Shown here: positions 63,109 through 64,000 of the stretch, piece by piece
Layout of the letters: each line of letters begins with the position of its first letter
How positions within the stretch are numbered: the stretch's first letter is position 1
Assembly (NCBI RefSeq): GCF_018350175.1
Contig: NC_058368.1
Coordinates: 171,494,001 to 171,558,000 of the forward strand
Direction of reading: 5' to 3'
Length of the DNA: 64,000 nt
Source of the DNA: Felis catus
Taxonomy: Eukaryota
Notes under the pieces: generated by a model
Database searches by the model: none
What the model was told of the DNA's origin: nothing
The model's input: the letters and a program-made list of their open reading frames with translations, nothing else
Program-made: the position numbers and the translations under genes

Positions 63109-63325
63109 GGGGCGCCTGGGTGGCGCAGTCGGTTAAGCGTCCGACTTCAGCCAGGTCACGATCTCGCGGTCCGTGAGTTCGAGCCCCGCGTCGGGCTCTG
63201 GGCTGATGGCTCGGAGCCTGGAGCCTGTTTCCGATTCTGTGTCTCCCTCTCTCTCTGCCCCTCCCCCGTTCATGCTCTGTCTCTCTCTGTCCCCAAAAAA
63301 ATAAACGTTGAAAAAAAAAAATTTT
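63109..63325 (+). mobile_element. Young SINEC_Fc-like Can-SINE
   Basis: Perfect TSD aaataaaggcatttg 63093-63107 / 63326-63340. Confidence 0.95.
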
Positions 63326-63665
63326 AAATAAAGGCATTTGGAACAGAGGCCAGGATCTGTTAACTGCTTTCAGAGCTCACAGTGACTACTAAGGAGATAT
63401 GGTTTTGGTGTTATAATAATGGATCCTAGGGAAACGCTGATTTATCCAAATAGAGTGCAATCAATCCAAATGTTAAGCTGTGTGTTGAACACAGAGCAGA
63501 CCCTTTCCCTCTAAGTATATAAAGTTATGGATGCTTCCTATAACATGGAAACAGGTGGATGGAATGTTTCTTGCCATTCATGTTTAATAAAAAGTTTTGA
63601 CTATTCCTGGATTTTTCCAAAGAGGATAAAACCGAGGAAAACACACACAAATAACCATAAACACT

Positions 63666-63900
63666 TGCATTAGGTTTCTATTGCTGTCATAACAACTTAT
63701 CACAAACTTAGAGGTTTATGACAATGTCCATTTATCATCTCCAAGTTCTAGATTTCTTGGAGCAAAGTTTCTCTGCTCCAAAGCCAAAATCAAGGTGTCA
63801 GCCACCTGAAGTTGTTGAGGGTTACTGGCCATTAGAAGCTCTCTCCATTTCCCTAGATTTCAAGACACACATAGTATGAGGCCTTAGTTTCAGCCCTACA
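63666..63900. mobile_element. MLT1-type MaLR LTR fragment
   Basis: tgcattaggtttctattgctgtcataacaacttatcacaaacttag...aaatcaaggtgtcagc. Confidence 0.65.
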
Positions 63901-64000
63901 TCACATCTACACATGAAGCCTTACCAAGTGCTTGGGACAGGAAAGGAGGGGATGGGATGGGCCACTGGTCTTACTGTTTTCTGTCTAATCTCAACTTGAA

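Overview
Mammalian genomic DNA, almost certainly from a felid, based on many young cat-type tRNA-derived Can-SINEs (SINEC_Fc-like) and carnivore L1 fragments. The window lies inside the minus-strand gene EPB41L4A (band 4.1-like 4A / NBL4, a FERM-domain protein). Ten internal coding exons, corresponding to human exons 3-12 as I recall the structure, were assembled by eye. All have GT-AG boundaries and join into one uninterrupted 883-nt frame: [294 protein letters not shown]. The introns hold a decayed PPDPF processed pseudogene, a 3'-truncated tailless 7SL retrocopy, about 25 Can-SINEs, L1/L2/MIR/MER/LTR relics and microsatellites. I found no convincing undescribed biological system. The most interesting signals are retrotransposition and repair mechanics: one target site used twice, a twin-primed L1 abutting a splice donor, a poly(A)-only insertion and a templated-insertion scar. 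Also notable are long ORFs over the PPDPF retrocopy and possible tandem splice sites. Repeat subfamily names come from recalled consensus sequences and their boundaries are approximate.
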